Positions 56,772 to 64,000 of a stretch of 64,000 nucleotides of DNA are shown here, in pieces; within the stretch, counting starts at the first letter, position 1, and each line of letters opens with the position of its first letter. Source of the stretch: an uncultured Gemmatimonadales bacterium (lineage in GTDB: Bacteria; Gemmatimonadota; Gemmatimonadetes; Gemmatimonadales; GWC2-71-9); contig CAVXLC010000002.1 in the NCBI GenBank assembly GCA_963762545.1, positions 1,120,356 to 1,184,355 of the forward strand, in the 5' to 3' direction. The position numbers and the translations under genes were made by a program. Below the pieces are notes generated by a model. The model ran no database searches. It saw only the letters and a program-made list of their open reading frames with translations, and was not told the DNA's origin.

Positions 56772-57449
56772 GTGGTCGAGAACTTCTTCCCCCCCTCTCC
56801 CTCCGACGTCTTCGTGCTGCTGGCCGCATTCCTGACCCGGCAGGGCAGCATGGATCCGCTCACCATCTTCCTGGTGGCCTGGGGGTTCGGCACCGCCGGA
56901 GCCGTGCTGGTGTACTGGGTCTCGCACCGCTTCGGCAAGCGATTCTTCTCGTCGCCGGTCGGCCGGCGCCTCATTACCCCGGGGGCGTTCGCGGCGATCG
57001 AGCGCGAATATGTCCGCTTCGGCATGGCGGGGATATTCATCTTCCGGATGCTGCCCGCCTTCCGCGCCGTGGTGGCCCCGTTTGCCGGCTTCGTCAATCT
57101 CCCCGCCCGCCGGGCCTTTCCACCGATCACCCTGGCCTGCGCGGTCTGGTATGGCGGACTCACGCTGGTGGGGAGGTCGGTCGGCGCCAACTGGACCGTG
57201 ATTCGCCAGTGGCTGGGGCGGGTCAACGCGGGCCTCGGCATTCTGGCCGGCCTGGTCCTGATCGGGCTGGTGCTCTGGATTCTGCGCCGACGCAATGCGC
57301 GGCGGCGGGAGCGCCTGGCGGCACTGACCCCGTTCGACCCCGCTCATCCGGAGCAGCCGGCCCTGATGATCGACGGGATGCCGGTCATTTCGATTGACGC
57401 CCTGGAACAGGCCCGGCTGGCCGAGTCGGACCGGGAAGAGCCGCAGTGA
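56772..57449 (+). CDS. DedA/SNARE-associated family membrane protein
   Basis: VENFFPPSPSDV...WVSHRFGKRFF and RMLPAFRAVVAPFAG motifs. The first TM (PPLLIYVVIAVSV) lies upstream of the first canonical start, so the true start may be a non-canonical codon near 56697-56712. Confidence 0.75.
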   Translation: MVENFFPPSPSDVFVLLAAFLTRQGSMDPLTIFLVAWGFGTAGAVLVYWVSHRFGKRFFSSPVGRRLITPGAFAAIEREYVRFGMAGIFIFRMLPAFRAVVAPFAGFVNLPARRAFPPITLACAVWYGGLTLVGRSVGANWTVIRQWLGRVNAGLGILAGLVLIGLVLWILRRRNARRRERLAALTPFDPAHPEQPALMIDGMPVISIDALEQARLAESDREEPQ

Positions 57450-58351
57450 CCGACGAGGTGGAGCGCAACTTCCAGCTGGAAGGATTCCGGGACCACATGG
57501 CCCTGGAGGCGGGGAGCAGCGCCCACACCGTCGAGAACTATCTGCGGGACCTCCGCCGGTTCGTGCAGTTCTCGGAGACCCGCAAGGCCCGCGAGCCGAA
57601 GGCGGTCACCCGCCCGCTGCTTCGGGATTTCGTGTTCCTGCTCAAGGACCTCGGACTCTCCCCGGCCACGATCCGGCGGCAGATTTCGGCGCTGCACACC
57701 TACTTCGGCTTCCTGATCGGGGAGGGACTCCTCTCGGACGACCCGAGCGACCGGCTGGAGACGCCGAAGCGATGGCGCACGCTCCCGGAGGTCCTCTCGG
57801 TGGCCGAGGTCGAGGCGATGCTGGCTGCGCCGTCGGCGGATCAGCCGCTCGGGTGGCGCGACCGCGCGTTGATCGAGCTCGGCTACGGCGCGGGACTCCG
57901 GGTCAGCGAGCTCTGCACGCTGGGCGTGCAGGACCTGCTTCTCTCGGAGGGACTGGTCCGGGTGTTCGGGAAAGGCGGGAAGGAACGATTGGTGCCGATC
58001 GGAAGAAAGGTGATCGGCCCCGTGTCGATCTACCTGAACCAGACCCGGCCGACACTCGATCGAGGCAAAGGCCAGGGGCGGGTCCTCCTCAACGCTCGAG
58101 GCACGCCCCTCTCCCGGGTGGGAGCCTGGGGGATCATCAAGCGGACCGCGGCGCGGGCCGGGCTGACTAAGCGGGTGACCCCGCATACGCTCCGGCACTC
58201 CTTTGCCACTCATCTTCTCGAAGGAGGCGCGGATCTGCGAGCCGTTCAGGAGATGCTGGGTCACGCGGACCTGTCCACCACCCAGATCTACACCCACGTC
58301 GACCGCGACTATCTGCGCAGCGTCCACAAGCAATACCACCCACGGGGGTAG
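57446..58351 (+). CDS. xerD: site-specific tyrosine recombinase XerD (XerC/D family)
   Basis: GTGA overlap with the DedA gene. AHTVENYLRDLRRF, GLRVSELCTL, GKGGKERLVP, HTLRHSFATHLL and LGHADLSTTQIYTHV...HPRG motifs (R-H-R-Y catalytic set). Confidence 0.8.
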   Translation: MTDEVERNFQLEGFRDHMALEAGSSAHTVENYLRDLRRFVQFSETRKAREPKAVTRPLLRDFVFLLKDLGLSPATIRRQISALHTYFGFLIGEGLLSDDPSDRLETPKRWRTLPEVLSVAEVEAMLAAPSADQPLGWRDRALIELGYGAGLRVSELCTLGVQDLLLSEGLVRVFGKGGKERLVPIGRKVIGPVSIYLNQTRPTLDRGKGQGRVLLNARGTPLSRVGAWGIIKRTAARAGLTKRVTPHTLRHSFATHLLEGGADLRAVQEMLGHADLSTTQIYTHVDRDYLRSVHKQYHPRG

Positions 58352-58444
58352 GGCCCCCTGTGAAACCGGATGCCTCCTGATTACGTTACATCCTGTAACG
58401 CCAGCCCGTGGGGCTGGATGGCTCCCTTTGGCAGGCAGGGCAAC

Positions 58445-59149
58445 ATGCGGAAGTACTGGGCGAAGATCATCCTGGGCGCGCTGCTCATTTTTGGAGTGGG
58501 CTTCGGCATCGTCTCGGCAGCGCGAAGCGTGAAGAACCGGATCGTGTCGGGCAAGGACATCGAGATCCCGCTGGGGTCGTTCATCGGATTCAACCTCGAC
58601 GGAACGAAGCTCGGCACCATTCGAGCGCTGACGATTCAGCGCACCTCTCCGAAAATGATCACCGGGTTCGAGATCCGGGCTCGGCTCTCGGATTCCGCCG
58701 GGTTTGCCCAGATGGAGAACTGCCACATCTCGGTCAACGACGTCCAGCGTATCGACGAGCGGACCCATTTCATCTGCCTTCCCAGCGACTCCGGGTATGT
58801 GCCGTTCGGCGAGGTTCGCGCCGAGCTTCGTACCGGCGATGGGATGCGCACCCTGGTGCTGCCGCTCCTGTTGCCGCCGGGTGCGGTGGCCGATATCCAG
58901 AACCAGGGGGCCAGCTCGGGGCTTCCGGTCTCCGACTCGGCGGCAGCGGAGATCCAGAGCCGGGTGCGGACCGAATCCCAGGCCTACCGTGACTCGGTCA
59001 AGGCAGCGGAGCTGGACAACCGGGCGGCCAAGGCGAACGAGACCGCCACCCGGTACAAGCAGCGGGCCGACTCGCTGCGTGCCCACCGGGTGACTCCCAC
59101 GGTTCCCACGCCGGTGGCTCCGAAGTCGGCCAAGCCCCCGGTGCCCTGA
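58445..59149 (+). CDS. hypothetical membrane-anchored protein
   Basis: ATG 58445 gives MRKYWAKIILGALLIFGVGFGIV (N-terminal TM), then a ~150-aa domain, a charged helical segment and a Pro-rich tail. No family recognised. Confidence 0.5.
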   Translation: MRKYWAKIILGALLIFGVGFGIVSAARSVKNRIVSGKDIEIPLGSFIGFNLDGTKLGTIRALTIQRTSPKMITGFEIRARLSDSAGFAQMENCHISVNDVQRIDERTHFICLPSDSGYVPFGEVRAELRTGDGMRTLVLPLLLPPGAVADIQNQGASSGLPVSDSAAAEIQSRVRTESQAYRDSVKAAELDNRAAKANETATRYKQRADSLRAHRVTPTVPTPVAPKSAKPPVP

Positions 59150-59241
59150 GCGGGAATACGATCGGCGGGCCCTCCCCTAAGCCCTTGCGAAAACGATCCT
59201 TAGAGTATTGTCAAGCGGTCTGTCTCGGCGCGGCACGACTT

Positions 59242-59270
59242 TTGACTTGGGTCGGCCGCGCTTTTACCTT
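59242..59270 (+). promoter_or_regulatory. candidate sigma70-like promoter TTGACT-N17-TACCTT abutting the kdsB ATG
   Basis: The hexamers were read at 59242-59247 and 59265-59270. The kdsB ATG at 59276 is 6 nt after the -10 element. Confidence 0.35.
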
Positions 59271-59275
59271 GGACT

Positions 59276-62494
<3,219 letters not shown>

Positions 62495-62498
<4 letters not shown>

Positions 62499-63049
62499 TC
62501 ACGCCGGAGCGGGCCCGCGCGGTCAAGCTGCTGGGACTCGACGTGGACGGGGTGCTCACCGACAATGGCATCTGGATCGCGCCGATCGAGGATCAGCGGG
62601 TCGAGTTCAAGCGGTTCGATATCGCGGACGGACTGGGTCTCGTGATTCTGCGGGGCACCGGGATCGAGGTGGCCCTGGTGAGCGGCCGGCATTCGGAGGC
62701 CACCGCGCTGCGCGCCAAGGAGCTCCGGATCGAGACGCTGATCCAGGTCAGCGGGGCCCGCAAGCTGGCGGCGGTGGAGGCCCTCCTGAAGTCGCGGGGC
62801 CTGACCTGGGCCGAGCTCGCGTTCGTCGGCGACGATCTGGCGGATGTGCCGCTGCTCCGGCGGGCCGGGCTGGCGATCACCGTCGCCAACGCCTGCCCCG
62901 AGGCCAAGGCGCTCTGCGCGTGGGTGACTCGCGCACCGGGCGGGCATGGCGCGGTGCGCGAAGTCATCGAGGAGCTGCTCAAGGCGCGCGGCGAATGGGA
63001 CGGCGCGGTGGCGGCGTATCTCCGGGAGGGGGGAGAGACCGCGGTATGA
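62495..63049 (+). CDS. kdsC: KDO-8-phosphate phosphatase
   Basis: GTGA overlap with kds[13 protein letters not shown] (HAD motif I), [10 protein letters not shown] and GGHGAVREV motifs. Confidence 0.9.
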
Positions 63050-64000
63050 ACCCCGACCGGCTGGTCGCAACGGGGCGCCGGGTGCTCCGGATCGAATCCG
63101 ACGCCCTCGGAGCCGCGGAGCGGGCCCTGGACAGCGGCTTTGCCGGTGCGGTCGAGCTGCTCCGGAATTGCGCCGGGCGAGTCATCGTGACCGGGGTGGG
63201 GAAATCCGGGCTGATTGCCCGCAAGATCGCCGCGACGCTCACCTCCACCGGCACCCAGGCCACCTGGCTGCATCCGGTGGACAGCCTGCACGGCGACCTG
63301 GGGCTGGTGGACCGGCGCGATGTGGCGATCGTGCTCAGCAAGAGCGGGGAAACCGAGGAGCTGGTGCCCCTGCTGGGCGAGCTGGCCCGGTTGCAGACGC
63401 CGATCATCGCCCTGACCGGGGGCCTCGACTCGACGCTGGCCCGGGCCGCCACGGTGGTGCTGAACGCGGGAGTCGAGGAAGAAGCCTGTCCCCACGACCT
63501 CGCCCCCACCGCGAGCACCACCGTGGCGCTCGCGCTGGGCGACGCGCTGGCGGTCGCGCTGCTGGAAGAGAAGGGGTTCGCCCGGGACGATTTTGCCCGG
63601 CTGCACCCCGGCGGCCGGCTGGGACGGCGGCTGCTGCTTCGGGTGAGCGACGTGATGCAAGCCCCCGGAACCCTGCTCCCACCGACCGCCACCATGCGGG
63701 AGGCGGTCGTCGAGCTGGCCCACCGGCGGGGCCTGGCGATGGTAGGGAAGGGAGGCGCGCTCCGCGGGGTGATTTCCGCGGGCGATCTCTCCCGGCTGGC
63801 CGAAGCGCACCCGGATTTTCTGACGCTGGCGGTGGAGGGCGTCATGACCTCGAGTCCCAAGACCTGCCAACCCGGAGACCTTGCCGCCGCGGTGGTGGGA
63901 CTCATGGAGCACCACGGCATCATGGCGATGCCGGTGGTGGACGACGGCAATGGCGTCCTGGGCGTTGTGCATCTGCACGACCTGATGCGGGCGGGAGCGA
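63046..64000 (+). CDS. kdsD: arabinose-5-phosphate isomerase (KpsF/GutQ/KdsD; SIS plus CBS domains), 3' end outside window
   Basis: This ORF is not in the ORF track and was translated by hand. ATGA overlap with kds[22 protein letters not shown]..., [29 protein letters not shown] and RLHPGGRLG motifs, then CBS-like repeats that run to the window end. Confidence 0.9.
   Translation, partial: MNPDRLVATGRRVLRIESDALGAAERALDSGFAGAVELLRNCAGRVIVTGVGKSGLIARKIAATLTSTGTQATWLHPVDSLHGDLGLVDRRDVAIVLSKSGETEELVPLLGELARLQTPIIALTGGLDSTLARAATVVLNAGVEEEACPHDLAPTASTTVALALGDALAVALLEEKGFARDDFARLHPGGRLGRRLLLRVSDVMQAPGTLLPPTATMREAVVELAHRRGLAMVGKGGALRGVISAGDLSRLAEAHPDFLTLAVEGVMTSSPKTCQPGDLAAAVVGLMEHHGIMAMPVVDDGNGVLGVVHLHDLMRAGA

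Noticed and set aside
57446-58351. Tyrosine recombinase as a marker of an integrated mobile element.
   Set aside because: The sequence has the full XerD-type signature including the C-terminal LGHADLSTTQIYTHV...HPRG. It is overlap-coupled to a housekeeping DedA gene, and no phage, transposase or att-like repeats flank it. It is most simply the chromosomal dimer-resolution recombinase.
58384-58400. Palindrome CGTTACA-tcc-TGTAACG downstream of xerD, considered as a terminator or operator.
   Set aside because: The stem is only 7 bp with a 3-nt loop and no U-tract, so it is not a credible intrinsic terminator. As a single isolated site with no second copy in the window, it cannot be supported as an operator.

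Overview
This is a very GC-rich bacterial chromosomal segment. The organism is diderm, since KDO biosynthesis genes and a TonB-dependent receptor are present, and it makes menaquinone by the futalosine route. The lineage cannot be fixed without a database search; a Gemmatimonadota-like origin is only a guess.

Most of the window is core metabolism in tightly packed operons with overlapping stop and start codons:
- a complete 14-gene complex I operon (nuoA-N, about 6.2-20.3 kb), with dcd divergent from it
- phosphomannomutase, a UPF0182-like membrane protein, sucCD and ndk
- the classic yceD-rpmF-plsX-fabH-fabD-fabG-acpP-fabF cluster, followed directly by a hybrid sensor kinase
- mqnE-mqnA-mqnC-ispF, a DedA protein and xerD
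- kdsB-pyrG-kdsA-kdsC-kdsD

The left end holds an Fn3-repeat protein tail, a BTAD/SARP regulator ORF that overlaps a TM-TPR ORF out of frame across a G8 tract, and three small secreted proteins.

The interesting part is an accessory mosaic from about 35.2 to 53.1 kb with visibly lower-GC patches. It contains:
- (i) a GT-C (ArnT/PMT-like) membrane glycosyltransferase preceded by a Shine-Dalgarno (SD)-sequestering hairpin and a 31-codon upstream ORF (uORF) that ends on its start codon
- (ii) a plus-strand operon encoding an adenylate-forming ligase (two frameshifts), an NMT1-like binding lipoprotein, a TonB-dependent receptor, a NitT/TauT-type ABC ATPase, a permease (frameshifted) and an MsbA-like ABC exporter
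- (iii) a minus-strand, translationally coupled six-gene glycan operon (FAD oxidoreductase, GT4, CE4 deacetylase, membrane GT2, two paralogous 2-TM mini-proteins)
- (iv) a low-GC SGNH hydrolase gene

No tRNA, rRNA, CRISPR array, transposase or phage genes were recognised. All calls rest on reading the translations and DNA by eye. No searches or computations were run.
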